Of a stretch of DNA of 38,585 bases, positions 1 to 9,272 are shown in pieces. The DNA is from Gemmatimonadales bacterium (GTDB lineage: Bacteria; Gemmatimonadota; Gemmatimonadetes; Gemmatimonadales; GWC2-71-9), in contig JAICVB010000001.1 in NCBI GenBank assembly GCA_025935545.1, positions 1-38,585 on the forward strand, written 5' to 3'. Both the position numbers and the translations under genes were made by a program. Position 1 is the first letter of the stretch, and each line of letters opens with the position of its first letter. The notes under the pieces are model-generated. The model ran no database searches. It saw nothing but the letters and a program-made list of their open reading frames with translations, and was not told the origin of the DNA.

Positions 1-1
1 G

Positions 2-667
2 TACTTCGGGGACATTCCCGCGGGGCAGCCGGCCCCGGCGGTGAAGCCGCTGCCGGTGACCCTTTCCGCCGACCGGCGGGACGTGATGGAGGACCGCGTC
101 ACCCTCGCGCGGGTGAGTCTCGTCTGGCCGACGGTGGAGCGGTGGAACGCCGACGAGGACGCGCTCGACATCTTCGGCGCCATCCTGGGCCAGGGGCGTT
201 CGTCGCGGCTCTACCAGCGGCTGGTCTACCGGGAGCAGGCGGCGCAGTCGGTGAACGCCGGCCAGGGATCGCGCCCGCAGGCGGGCCAGTTCCAGGTGAC
301 CGTGACGGCGCGCGAGGGCGCGAGCCTGAGCCAGCTCGAGCGCGAGGTGTACGAGGAGATCGCGCGCCTGGCCGATGAAGGCCCCACGGCGGAGGAGATG
401 GCGCGCGCCCGGAACGGCAACGAGGCCCGCTCGGTGTATCAGCTGCAGACGCTCCTCGGCAAGGCCGACCGGATCAACCAGTACCTCACCGAGCGCGGCA
501 CGCCGGATCTGTTCAACCAGGAGCTGGCCCGTTACGCCGCCGTGACGCCGGCCGACGTGCAGCGCGTGGCGCGGGCCTACATCCGCGGCCGCCCCCACAT
601 CATCCTGTCGGTGGTGCCGAACGGGCACCGCGAGCTCGCGGCGCAGGCGCCGGAGGTGCACCCATGA
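2..667 (+). CDS. M16 (insulinase/pitrilysin) family zinc peptidase, C-terminal portion; 5' end lies upstream of the window
   Basis: The frame of ORF 41..667 stays open back to nt 2 (YFGDIPAGQ...). The sequence resembles the C-terminal domain of M16 peptidases. ATGA start/stop overlap with the next M16 paralogue at 664-667. Confidence 0.75.
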   Translation, partial: YFGDIPAGQPAPAVKPLPVTLSADRRDVMEDRVTLARVSLVWPTVERWNADEDALDIFGAILGQGRSSRLYQRLVYREQAAQSVNAGQGSRPQAGQFQVTVTAREGASLSQLEREVYEEIARLADEGPTAEEMARARNGNEARSVYQLQTLLGKADRINQYLTERGTPDLFNQELARYAAVTPADVQRVARAYIRGRPHIILSVVPNGHRELAAQAPEVHP

Positions 668-2106
668 CCCGTATCGCCCTCGCCGCCATCGGCGCGTGCG
701 TCCTGGCTGGACCGCTGGCCGGCCAGCAGCTCGACCGCTCGAAGCGCCCAGCCGCGGCGCCGGCCCCCGCGGTCGTGGCTCCCGTCATCGTGAAGCGCAC
801 GCTGCCCAACGGGCTCCAGGTATGGAGCGTGACGCGGCGCGAGCTCCCCATCGTGAACGCGCTGCTCGTGGTTCGCGCCGGCTCGGCGCAGGACGGCAGC
901 GTTCCGGGAATCGCGGACGTCACCGCGTCGCTCCTCGATCAGGGCGCCGGCGGGCGCTCCGCCATCGAGTTCGGGAACGCCGTGGCCTTTCTCGGAGCCA
1001 ACCTGAACGCCTCGGCCGGCGACGAGCAGACCCAGGTCTCGCTCCTCACCCTCCGGAAGCACGCCGATTCCGCCTTCGCGCTCATGAGCGACATGGTGGT
1101 CCGCCCGGCCTTCGCACCCGAGGAGCTCGAGCGCGAGCGCCGGTCTCGGCTGCAGGCGCTGCGCTCGCAGAAGGATCGTCCCACCATCATCGCCACGCAG
1201 GCTTTCGAGCGGCTCGTCTATGGCGCCGATCACCCCTACGGACATCCCGGCAACGGCACGCTGGAGACGATCGGCAAGGTCGCGCGCGCGGACGTGGCGG
1301 GCTTCTACGATTCCTGGTACCGGCCCAACAACGCCGTCCTGATCGTGGTGGGGGACCTGTCGGCGGCCGAGGCGCAGGCGCTGGCGACGCGCGCCTTCGG
1401 CGCGTGGAAGGCGAAGCCGGTGCCGGCGGCCGCGGCGGCGGTGCCGGCCCGTCCCGCACCGCACGCGACCGCGGTGTACCTGGTGGACAAGCCGGGAGCG
1501 GCGCAGAGCGAAATCCGGATCGGCCACGCGCTCGTGCCGCGCTCGACCAGCCCCGACTACTACGCGCTCCGCGTGCTGAACGCGGCGCTCGGTGGCGCGT
1601 TCACTTCCCGGGTAAACCTCAATATCCGCGAGGCGAAGGGGTACACCTACGGCGCGCGCACCACGATGACCTTCGACCGGGGGCCGGGGCCCTTCGTCGC
1701 GAGCGCCGGCGTCTTCACCGCCAAGACCGACAGCTCGCTCATCGAGTTCATGAAGGAGATCCGCGACATCCGCGGCCCCCGGCCGGTGTCCGACGCGGAG
1801 GCGGAGTTTGCGCGGGCGTCGCTGATCCGGGCATACCCGCGGGCGCTCGAGACCAACGCCGGCGTGGCGGCCACGCTGGCCGACCTCGCCTTCTTCCGGC
1901 TGCCCGACAGCGAGCTCACGGGCTATCTCACGAAGCTCGCGCAGGTGAAGCCGGCTGACGTGACCCGGGTTGCCGAGAAGTACCTGAGCCCCGACAGCTC
2001 GGTGATCGTGGTGGTGGGGGACCTGGCCAGGGTCCAGCCCGGCATCGAAGCGCTTCACCTGGGCCCGGTGACGGTGCTCGATGCCGACGGGCTCGCCGCG
2101 CGCTGA
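664..2106 (+). CDS. M16 family peptidase paralogue with N-terminal signal peptide (partner subunit of the upstream M16 gene)
   Basis: 480-aa ORF with signal-like N-terminus MTRIALAAIGACVLAGPLAG. M16-type two-domain layout (e.g. YRPNNAVLIVVGD, GGAFTSRVNLNIREAKGYTYGA). Coupled to the upstream gene by ATGA. Confidence 0.85.
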   Translation: MTRIALAAIGACVLAGPLAGQQLDRSKRPAAAPAPAVVAPVIVKRTLPNGLQVWSVTRRELPIVNALLVVRAGSAQDGSVPGIADVTASLLDQGAGGRSAIEFGNAVAFLGANLNASAGDEQTQVSLLTLRKHADSAFALMSDMVVRPAFAPEELERERRSRLQALRSQKDRPTIIATQAFERLVYGADHPYGHPGNGTLETIGKVARADVAGFYDSWYRPNNAVLIVVGDLSAAEAQALATRAFGAWKAKPVPAAAAAVPARPAPHATAVYLVDKPGAAQSEIRIGHALVPRSTSPDYYALRVLNAALGGAFTSRVNLNIREAKGYTYGARTTMTFDRGPGPFVASAGVFTAKTDSSLIEFMKEIRDIRGPRPVSDAEAEFARASLIRAYPRALETNAGVAATLADLAFFRLPDSELTGYLTKLAQVKPADVTRVAEKYLSPDSSVIVVVGDLARVQPGIEALHLGPVTVLDADGLAAR

Positions 2107-2112
2107 CTTTCC

Positions 2113-2637
2113 TCAGCGGCCCGGGAGCTCGCGCGCGAGCCAGCGGGACGGGTTGGCAAGCAGCCACGCACGCGCCGCGGCCACGTCGGCCGGCCTGAGT
2201 ATTTCGGCGCCGTAGCCCCGCTGCCAGACGGCGGCGCCGGGCGTGGCCCGCAGCCGGTTGATGCGCGCGGCGGACGCCGACTTGAGTCCCGCCACCATGG
2301 CGCCGAGCGAGACGGTGCCGTCGAGCAGCACGATTCCGTGCAGGTGGTCGGGCAGGATCACCGACGCATCGAGCCGCACGGATGGCCGGAGCGCCGCGGT
2401 CCGGAGCCACTCGACCTGGACGATCCGCCCCGCCGGAAGGAGCAGGATGCCGTCCGCCGAGGCGCTCGCGAGGATGGGGGCACGTCCGGCGGTGCGGAGA
2501 GTAAGTCGGCAGGCGCGGGCCGCACTGCATTCGTGCCGGGCCCGGGCAGGCGCCTCGGGCCCGCCCCGCATGTCCGTCATCGCCGGGAACACGTCGGTCA
2601 TCGTCACTGGTCCGCTGGGGTGCAGCATGATGGGCAC
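2113..2637 (-). CDS. IS200/IS605-like HUH Y1 transposase homologue (REP-associated tyrosine transposase-like, COG1943 type), solitary
   Basis: HUH motif in LPDHLHGIVLL and Tyr motif WQRGYGAEILR, followed by LLANPSRW, typical of the short transposase_17/RayT-like family. The exact start among several Met codons is uncertain. Confidence 0.7.
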   Translation of the reverse strand: MPIMLHPSGPVTMTDVFPAMTDMRGGPEAPARARHECSAARACRLTLRTAGRAPILASASADGILLLPAGRIVQVEWLRTAALRPSVRLDASVILPDHLHGIVLLDGTVSLGAMVAGLKSASAARINRLRATPGAAVWQRGYGAEILRPADVAAARAWLLANPSRWLARELPGR

Positions 2638-2700
2638 ACCTGCGGCGGCCCATCCAACCGGATCCCCTCCAGTCGTACCATTTCACCGCGGAGCCCTCGT

Positions 2701-3267
2701 ATGGCTCGTCTCTCCAGCACGCGGCTCCACACCGGCCGGGTCCTCAACCTCGACATCGACACCGTACGGTTCCCCGACGGCTCGACCGGCACCCTGGAGA
2801 TGATCCGCCATCCGGGCGCCGCGGCGGTGCTTCCCTTCCTCGACGACTCCGCCGACGCGGACCCGCGAGTGCTCCTCATCCGCCAGTTCCGGCACGCGGC
2901 CGAAGGGTTCATCTGGGAGGTCCCCGCCGGCCGGCTCGAGGCGGGCGAGCCTCCCGAGGCCTGCGCCCGGCGCGAGCTGCGCGAGGAGACCGGCTGCTCC
3001 GCAGCGGAGTACCGCACGCTGACCACCATCTGGACCACGCCCGGCTTTACGGACGAGCGGATCCATCTCTTTTCGGCCCACGGCCTGGCGCGGGGGGAGC
3101 ACGCGCGCGAGGCTGATGAGTTCCTGGAAGTGCACGAGCTTCGCTGGTCGACCGTTCTCGAGATGACCGCCCGCGGCGAGATCACCGACGCGAAGACCCT
3201 GGCCGCCATCTGGTACGAGCAGTGGTTCCGGAAACCGGGCATTTCAACCGGCGGGACGGGGCGGTAA
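2701..3267 (+). CDS. NUDIX hydrolase, ADP-ribose pyrophosphatase-like
   Basis: Nudix box GRLEAGEPPEACARRELREETGC. N-terminus MARLSSTRLHTGRVLNLDIDTVRFPDG is typical of NudF-like enzymes. ATG at 2701 within ORF 2338..3267; the upstream part of that ORF overlaps the divergent gene and is not conserved-looking. Confidence 0.8.
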   Translation: MARLSSTRLHTGRVLNLDIDTVRFPDGSTGTLEMIRHPGAAAVLPFLDDSADADPRVLLIRQFRHAAEGFIWEVPAGRLEAGEPPEACARRELREETGCSAAEYRTLTTIWTTPGFTDERIHLFSAHGLARGEHAREADEFLEVHELRWSTVLEMTARGEITDAKTLAAIWYEQWFRKPGISTGGTGR

Positions 3268-3275
3268 AATTCCTC

Positions 3276-4331
3276 ATGCCCCTGCAATCCCGTAAGGAAG
3301 TGGGCGCTGCCCTGAAGAAGGGCGCCCTGGTCCCCGCCTACTATCTCTTCGGCAGCGAGGACGTCCTGAAGGAGGAGATCATCCGCGCCGTCCTGGACCG
3401 CGCGGTGGACCCCTCCGTCCGTGACTTCAACTTCGACCAGCGCTCGGCCGGCACCCTGGATCCCGAGGCGATCGAGGCGCTCTGCAACACCCTGCCCATG
3501 ATGGCCGACCGGCGCGCCGTGCTCATCCGCGACGTGGAAGCGTGGAAGCGGAAGCCCAAGGCGCGCGCGGCGCTGATCCGCTACCTGGAGCGCCCGGCCC
3601 AGGAGACCGTGGTGATCCTGGTGCAGGGCCCTGGGGAGGAGGACGCCGACAAGGACCTCTGCCGCCTGGCCGTGACCGTCGAGTGCGACGCCCTGCCCGC
3701 GGCGGAGCTCATGAAGTGGATCACCACGCGGGCGGGGGAGCGCGGCGTCACCTTCGCGGCCGGCGCCGCGGAGCACCTCCTCAAGTGCGTGGGGCCAAGC
3801 CCGAGCCTGCTTCGGCTCGAGATCGAGAAGTTCGCCGCGCTGCCGGCGGGTGAGCCGGTAACCGTCGAGCAGGTCTCGAGCCTCGTGGGGATCCGCTACG
3901 GCGAAACGGTGCTCGACTGGCGTGACGCCGTGATGGACGGGGCCGCGGCGCGGGCCGTCACCCTGCTCGGCCGCGTGCTGGAGCAGCCCGGAGTATCAGG
4001 TGTCGGCCTGGTGAGCCTCCTCGGCACCTCGCTCATCGGGGTCGGCGTCGTGCGAGCGGCGTACGATCGCCGGGTGCGGGGCGCCGCGCTGGAGCGTGCC
4101 GCCTTCGATGCGCTCCGCGCCGGCCGCCCCGGGCGACTCGGGCCCTGGAAGGAGGAGGCGGCGCACTGGGCACGCTGGGCCGCTTCCTGGCCGATGCCCG
4201 CGATCACCGATGCCCTCCGTGCGACGCTTGCCGCCGATCGCGCCCTCAAGAACACTGCCCTCTCCGACGAGCGGGGCCTCGTGGCCGACCTCGTCATGCG
4301 CCTCGCCCTCGCGTCGGCCCGCGCGGCGTGA
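3276..4331 (+). CDS. holA: DNA polymerase III delta subunit
   Basis: N-terminus ...LKKGALVPAYYLFGSEDVLKEEI... and overall length match HolA. ATG at 3276 chosen over the GTG at 3222, which would overlap the NUDIX gene. Confidence 0.75.
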   Translation: MPLQSRKEVGAALKKGALVPAYYLFGSEDVLKEEIIRAVLDRAVDPSVRDFNFDQRSAGTLDPEAIEALCNTLPMMADRRAVLIRDVEAWKRKPKARAALIRYLERPAQETVVILVQGPGEEDADKDLCRLAVTVECDALPAAELMKWITTRAGERGVTFAAGAAEHLLKCVGPSPSLLRLEIEKFAALPAGEPVTVEQVSSLVGIRYGETVLDWRDAVMDGAAARAVTLLGRVLEQPGVSGVGLVSLLGTSLIGVGVVRAAYDRRVRGAALERAAFDALRAGRPGRLGPWKEEAAHWARWAASWPMPAITDALRATLAADRALKNTALSDERGLVADLVMRLALASARAA

Positions 4332-4344
4332 TGCAGGGAGCGTG

Positions 4345-5436
4345 ATGCGCGCGGCGCTCATTGCCGGCCTCGTGGCAGCGGGCCTGCTCACGGCCCGTGA
4401 GGCGCGGGCGCAGACGGATCCGCGGCTCGTGGCCGCGGTGCGGCAGGCGCAGGAAGGCCAGGTGGACTCGGCCCGCGCGGTGCTGCGGCGGCTCGCCGCG
4501 GCCACGCCTGCGACCGACGCCCTCTATCCCGAGATCCTCTACGCCATCGCGCTCACTGCGGCGGACGTCACCGAGCGCGAGCGCAGCCTGCAGCGCGTGA
4601 CCGTCGAATTCCCCCTCTCCGCCTGGATGGACGACGCCCTGCTGCTCCTGGCCGAAAGCGACTACGCGGGCGGGAACCTTCCCGGCGCCGCGCGCGACCT
4701 GGAGCGGATCCGCCGGGACTTTCCCGCGTCACCGCTCATGGCGGATGCGGCCGTCTGGGCCGCGCGCAGCTACTTCGACATGCGCAACCAGCGCTCGGCC
4801 TGCAGCTGGATCGTGGCCGGGCTCCGCCAGGGCGGCGCGGACGCCGCCGTGCACGCCCAGCTCGGCGCCCAGGCGCGGCGATGCGGAGCGCTCATCGCGG
4901 CGTCCGACACCATTGCGCCGCCCCCCGCGGCACCGCTGCCGGCGGCAGTCACGCCCGCCCCGCCTGCCGTCGTCCCCGCCGGGGCGGATTCGTCCGCCGC
5001 TATCCGGGTTGCCGCCGCGCGGGCCGACAGCGCGCGGGCCGACAGCGCGCGCAGCGACACGTTACGGAACGCCGGCGCTCCGGCGAGCGTCGCCGCGTCC
5101 CGGGCAGACAGCTCGCCCCCGGTCGCCACTCCGCCCGATGCCGCCCGCGACGACGGGGCGCGGCCTGCTCCCGCGAGCGCCGACACCACGCGCGTCAACG
5201 CGCCGGCGCACCCCGCCGGGCGCTTCCGCGTGCAGCTCGCGGCAGCCGCCACGCAGCGTGACGCCGACGCCATCGTGCGCGGCCTGTCCGGGCGCGGGAT
5301 CGCGGCCGACGTTACCGCGGAGAAGGGGTTCTTCAAGGTCCGCACCGGGCATTTCGCCTCCCGGCGCGAAGCGCAGGCCGAGGCCACGCGGCTCCGCGGC
5401 ACCCTGGGCACCGGCGCCTTCGTGGTGAGCGAGTGA
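4345..5436 (+). CDS. Secreted SPOR-domain protein with N-terminal YbgF/TPR-like region and Ala/Pro-rich linker
   Basis: Signal peptide MRAALIAGLVAAGLLTAREARAQ. C-terminal SPOR-like domain FRVQLAAAATQRDADAIVRGL...GFFKVRTGHFASRREAQAEATRL. ATG at 4345 inside ORF 4096..5436. Confidence 0.7.
   Translation: MRAALIAGLVAAGLLTAREARAQTDPRLVAAVRQAQEGQVDSARAVLRRLAAATPATDALYPEILYAIALTAADVTERERSLQRVTVEFPLSAWMDDALLLLAESDYAGGNLPGAARDLERIRRDFPASPLMADAAVWAARSYFDMRNQRSACSWIVAGLRQGGADAAVHAQLGAQARRCGALIAASDTIAPPPAAPLPAAVTPAPPAVVPAGADSSAAIRVAAARADSARADSARSDTLRNAGAPASVAASRADSSPPVATPPDAARDDGARPAPASADTTRVNAPAHPAGRFRVQLAAAATQRDADAIVRGLSGRGIAADVTAEKGFFKVRTGHFASRREAQAEATRLRGTLGTGAFVVSE
5017..5061. repeat. In-frame 15-bp tandem repeat (GCGCGGGCCGACAGC x2 plus a degenerate third copy) encoding ARADS-ARADS-ARSDT in the SPOR protein linker
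   Basis: Direct reading: 5017-5031 and 5032-5046 are identical; 5047-5061 is a diverged copy. Confidence 0.9.
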
Positions 5437-8030
5437 CGGCCCGGGCGAGCCGGCCCGCGGGGAGCGACAGCCGCGGCACGCCGCTCATGCAGCAGTACCG
5501 CGAGATCAAGTCGCGGCATCAGGACGCCATCCTCTTCTTCCGGATGGGCGACTTCTACGAAATGTTCTTCGACGACGCGGAGCTCGGCGCCCGCGTCCTC
5601 AACATCACGCTGACCTCGCGCGGCGACGGTGTGCCGCTCGCCGGCGTGCCGGTAAAGGCCGCCGCCGACTACCTCCGCCAGCTCGTGGCCGCCGGACACC
5701 GGGTCGCCATCTGCGAGCAGGTGGAGGATCCCCGCGCGGCCAGGGGGATCGTGCGGCGGGCGGTCGTCGAGACGGTCACGCCCGGTGCGCTCCTGGAAGA
5801 AGGCTGGCTCGCCGGCGGCCGCAACAACTGGATCGTGGCGCTGGCGCCCGACGGCACGCGGCACGGCCTCGCCGCCATCGACCTGAGCACCGGCGAGTTC
5901 CTGCTGGAGACGCTGCCCGCCGACGGGCTCGCCGACGCGCTGGCGCGGCTCGCTCCCGCCGAGGTCGTCCTGCCGGCGGACGCGACGCTGGCACTCGACG
6001 ACGGCATCCTCCGGAGCGCGCGCGAGCGCTGGGAGTTCGACGCCGACCTCGCGGCCGACGACATCCGGCGCCGCTTCGCCCTCGCCTCCCTCGACGGCCT
6101 TGGCGTCGCCGACGGTGACGCGGCGGCGCTGGGCGCGGCCGGCGCCCTGCTCCGCTACCTCACCGACCTCCAGCCCGGCGGCCTCCCGCATCTCAATCGC
6201 CCCGCGGTGCGCCGGGGGGACGACTGCCTCTGGCTCGACGAGATGACGCGCCGGAACCTCGAGCTGGCCGAGCCGCTCCGCGCGGGCGCGCGCAACTGCA
6301 CCCTGCTCGAGTCCATCGACGCCACGGTGACGCCGATGGGTGCGCGGCTCCTCCGCCACTGGCTCCTGTCGCCCCTCCGCGACCCGGCCGCCATCAATAC
6401 CCGCCTCGATGCCGTGGAGACGCTGGTCACCGACTCGGCGGGCCGCGCGCGGATTCGCGAGGCGCTCGACGGCGTCCGCGATCTCGAGCGCCTGGCCGGC
6501 CGGGCGGCGGCCGGCCGCGCCACGCCGCGCGAGATGGGCGCGTTGCGGGACTCGCTCCGCCGGCTCCCCGCCCTCCTCGACGCCGTCGCGACCCTGGCCG
6601 GCGGCCGGGCCGCCGCGCTGGTCCAGGCGCACTCGGAGCTCGACCCGCTCCCCGACCTGACCCGGGAGCTGGGCGCCGCGCTGGAGGACCGCCTCCCCGC
6701 CACGCTCGCCGACGGCGCCGTGATCCGCCAGGGCTACGACGCCGAGCTCGACGGGCTCCGCGAGCTGCGCGACGGCGGGCGCCACTACATCGCCGGTCTC
6801 CAGCAGCGCGAGCGGGAGCGCACCGGCATCTCGTCGCTCAAGGTCGGCTTCAACAAGGTCTTCGGCTACTACCTCGAGATCACCAACGCGCATGCGAGCC
6901 GCGTCCCCGCCGACTACGAGCGGCGGCAGACCCTGGCCGGCGCCGAGCGCTACGTGACCCCGGAGCTCAAGGACTACGAGTCACGGGTGCTCGGCGCCGA
7001 GGAGCGGATGGGGGTGCGGGAGGGGGAGCTGTTCGGGGCGCTGCGCGCGGCGGTGGGCCAGGCCGTCGAGCGGGTGCAGCGGACGGCGCGCGCACTCGCG
7101 CGGCTCGACGTCTGGTCGGGCCTGGCGGAGCGGGCGGTGAGCGGGCGCTATGTTCGACCAGGGGTGGACGACGGCTTCGCGCTCCGGCTCCGCGGCTGCC
7201 GGCATCCGGTGATCGAGCGCCTCATGCCGCGCGAATCGTTCATCCCCAACGACGTCGACTTCGACGAGGCCGGCCGGGTGCTGCTCGTGACCGGCCCCAA
7301 CATGGCGGGCAAGAGCACCATCCTCCGGCAGATCGGGCTCACCGTGGTCCTGGCCCAGATCGGCTCATTCGTCCCGGCGGACGAGGCGCGGATCGGCGTG
7401 GTGGACCGCCTCTTCACCCGCGTCGGCGCGAGCGACAACCTCGCGCGCGGGCAGTCCACCTTCATGGTGGAGATGAGCGAGACGAGCGCCATCCTCCACA
7501 ACGCCACCAGCCGGAGCCTCGTGCTCCTCGACGAGATCGGGCGCGGCACCTCCACCTACGACGGCGTCGCCATCGCGTGGGCCGTCACCGAGCACCTGCA
7601 CGACCGCATCGGCTGCAAGACGATGTTCGCCACGCACTACCACGAGCTGATGCAGCTGCCCGAGCGGCTGCAGCACGCGCGGAACTTCAACGTGGCCGTG
7701 CGCGAGACCGGCGAGACGGTGGTATTCCTGCACCGGCTGGAGCCCGGCGGGACCGACCGCTCCTACGGCGTGCACGTGGCCCGGCTCGCGGGCCTGCCCG
7801 ACGCCGTCCTCCGCCGCGCCCACGAAGTGCTCGGCACCCTCGAAGGCGAGCATCGCGTGGTGCAGGGCGCGCCGCCCTCCGCGGCCGATCCGGGCCAGCT
7901 TCCCCTCTTCGGCAGCGCGGAGCCGCATCCCGTGGTGGACCGGCTCCGCGACCTCGACGTGAACGCCCTCACGCCGCTCGACGCCCTCAACCGCCTCGCC
8001 GAGCTGCAGCGCGAGGCGCGGAGGGGCTGA
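5433..8030 (+). CDS. mutS: DNA mismatch repair protein MutS
   Basis: TPLMQQYREIKSRHQDAILFFRMGDFYEMF N-terminus; Walker A GPNMAGKSTILRQ; DEIGRGTSTYDG; FATHYHEL. GTG 5433 overlaps the upstream stop as GTGA; ATG 5487 is an alternative start. Confidence 0.95.
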   Translation: MTARASRPAGSDSRGTPLMQQYREIKSRHQDAILFFRMGDFYEMFFDDAELGARVLNITLTSRGDGVPLAGVPVKAAADYLRQLVAAGHRVAICEQVEDPRAARGIVRRAVVETVTPGALLEEGWLAGGRNNWIVALAPDGTRHGLAAIDLSTGEFLLETLPADGLADALARLAPAEVVLPADATLALDDGILRSARERWEFDADLAADDIRRRFALASLDGLGVADGDAAALGAAGALLRYLTDLQPGGLPHLNRPAVRRGDDCLWLDEMTRRNLELAEPLRAGARNCTLLESIDATVTPMGARLLRHWLLSPLRDPAAINTRLDAVETLVTDSAGRARIREALDGVRDLERLAGRAAAGRATPREMGALRDSLRRLPALLDAVATLAGGRAAALVQAHSELDPLPDLTRELGAALEDRLPATLADGAVIRQGYDAELDGLRELRDGGRHYIAGLQQRERERTGISSLKVGFNKVFGYYLEITNAHASRVPADYERRQTLAGAERYVTPELKDYESRVLGAEERMGVREGELFGALRAAVGQAVERVQRTARALARLDVWSGLAERAVSGRYVRPGVDDGFALRLRGCRHPVIERLMPRESFIPNDVDFDEAGRVLLVTGPNMAGKSTILRQIGLTVVLAQIGSFVPADEARIGVVDRLFTRVGASDNLARGQSTFMVEMSETSAILHNATSRSLVLLDEIGRGTSTYDGVAIAWAVTEHLHDRIGCKTMFATHYHELMQLPERLQHARNFNVAVRETGETVVFLHRLEPGGTDRSYGVHVARLAGLPDAVLRRAHEVLGTLEGEHRVVQGAPPSAADPGQLPLFGSAEPHPVVDRLRDLDVNALTPLDALNRLAELQREARRG

Positions 8031-8033
8031 GGC

Positions 8034-8717
8034 TCAGGACCGCACCACCGCGCGCGCCGCCTGCTGCGCCCGCCACACCGACATCTCCTGCGACACGGTG
8101 TCACGATAGCGCGACGCCCAGTCGGCCTGCTTCGCCGACTCATCCTTGCGCGCATCGAGCACGCGGGACTCCAGCTCGCGGACCTCGGTGTCGAGCTTGC
8201 CGAGCGTGGTGGAGTCGGCGGTGGCCCGGCTCGCGCGCTCCTGCCGCTTCCGGAAGAGCGCCAGCTCGGCGTCGGCCGTGCGGCTCCGCGCCCTGGCCCA
8301 CTCCCGCTTGGCCGACATCTCCGCAATCTGGTCGTCGAAGAGCGAGCGGATCGCCTCCAGCGTCTTCCGGTCGGCTTCGGCCCGCCGCCGCTGGAAGTCG
8401 AGATCGGCCCGGTCGGCGTCGCGCTTGTCCTTCTTCGCGAGATCGGCCCGGGACCGGATCGCGTCGATGTCGGCCTTCTGGACGTTGAGCCGCGCATCGA
8501 GGCGGGCACGGCTGTCGGTGAGCCGGTCGATCTCGCGGCCGGCCGCCTGCTCGTCGGCGCGCGCAGCTTCCGCGCCGGAGCGGATGGCACCATCGGCCGG
8601 GAGCGACACGGCCGTGAAGCCCGCGTACGTGCTGTCCATCCCCTGCGCTGCGGCGTTTCCGGCGGTGAGGGGCAGCGCGAACGCGAGCACGAGGACTCCG
8701 TACCATCGAATCGTCAT
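8034..8717 (-). CDS. Hypothetical secreted coiled-coil protein (Arg/Asp/Ala-rich)
   Basis: Signal peptide MTIRWYGVLVLAFALPLTAGNAAAQG from the ATG at 8717, followed by long charged heptad-like sequence. No family recognised. Confidence 0.5.
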   Translation of the reverse strand: MTIRWYGVLVLAFALPLTAGNAAAQGMDSTYAGFTAVSLPADGAIRSGAEAARADEQAAGREIDRLTDSRARLDARLNVQKADIDAIRSRADLAKKDKRDADRADLDFQRRRAEADRKTLEAIRSLFDDQIAEMSAKREWARARSRTADAELALFRKRQERASRATADSTTLGKLDTEVRELESRVLDARKDESAKQADWASRYRDTVSQEMSVWRAQQAARAVVRS

Positions 8718-8837
8718 GAGTGGTCCCGACATCAGGTGGATTGTGAGAGGACGGTGCCCCAATCTGCCGCCCGTTCCGCCGGGTCGCCAGCGCCGTGCCG
8801 ATTGGACGGGCGGACCCGCTCCGCGCTAGTTTCCGAG

Positions 8838-9272
8838 GTGGATACGACACGCGCTCGCGCCCGCCGCCAACTGACGGTGCTGCTCCTCGCTCTCGCCATG
8901 CCGGCCTGCCGTCGCGCCGAGCGTGCGCCCAGGGCCGCGCCCGCGGATAGCGTCGCGCCCACCGCACCCGATGGCGATCCGCCGGTGGCGCTCAATGCGA
9001 ATACGCCGCTTGTCTATCCGACGGCCCTGCTCCGCGCCGGGATCGAGGGCACCGTGGTCGTTCGCATGTACGCCGACGCAAAGGGTGCCATCGTACGCGA
9101 CTCGATTCGCATCGCCGAGTCGAGCGGGTACCCCGCGCTCGACTCCGCCGCCCTCGCCGCGGCGCCGAAGCTGCGGTTCGCGCCGGCGCGGCACGACGGC
9201 CGGGCGGTGCCCGCGCCCTTCCTCCAACCGTTCCAGTTCCGGAACCCCGCCCGGACGGAAATCACGCCATGA
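8838..9272 (+). CDS. TonB C-terminal domain protein (energy transducer TonB-like)
   Basis: C-terminal domain PLVYPTALLRAGIEGTVVVRMYADAKGAIVRDSIRIAESSGYPALDSAALAAAPKLRFAPA. Hydrophobic anchor LTVLLLALAMPAC. Start (GTG 8838 versus upstream 8736) is uncertain. Confidence 0.65.
   Translation: MDTTRARARRQLTVLLLALAMPACRRAERAPRAAPADSVAPTAPDGDPPVALNANTPLVYPTALLRAGIEGTVVVRMYADAKGAIVRDSIRIAESSGYPALDSAALAAAPKLRFAPARHDGRAVPAPFLQPFQFRNPARTEITP

Noticed and set aside
577-2058. 493-aa minus-strand ORF antisense to the M16 peptidase genes
   Set aside because: The translation is Arg/Gly/Pro/Ala-rich low-complexity sequence typical of an out-of-frame read through GC-rich coding DNA. The plus-strand frame has clear M16 homology and coupled starts.
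2100-2117. Small hairpin CGCTGA-N6-TCAGCG between the convergent M16 and transposase-like genes
   Set aside because: It has only a 6-bp stem, overlaps both stop codons and has no U tract. That is too weak to call a terminator or a REP element.
5017-5061. Possible CRISPR-like or regulatory repeat
   Set aside because: The units are contiguous 15-bp copies with no spacers, lie inside a coding linker and are in frame. This is simple slippage duplication, not a CRISPR array.
4770-6893. 707-aa minus-strand ORF antisense to the SPOR gene and mutS
   Set aside because: Same GC-composition artefact. mutS on the plus strand is unambiguous (Walker A and mismatch-binding N-terminus).
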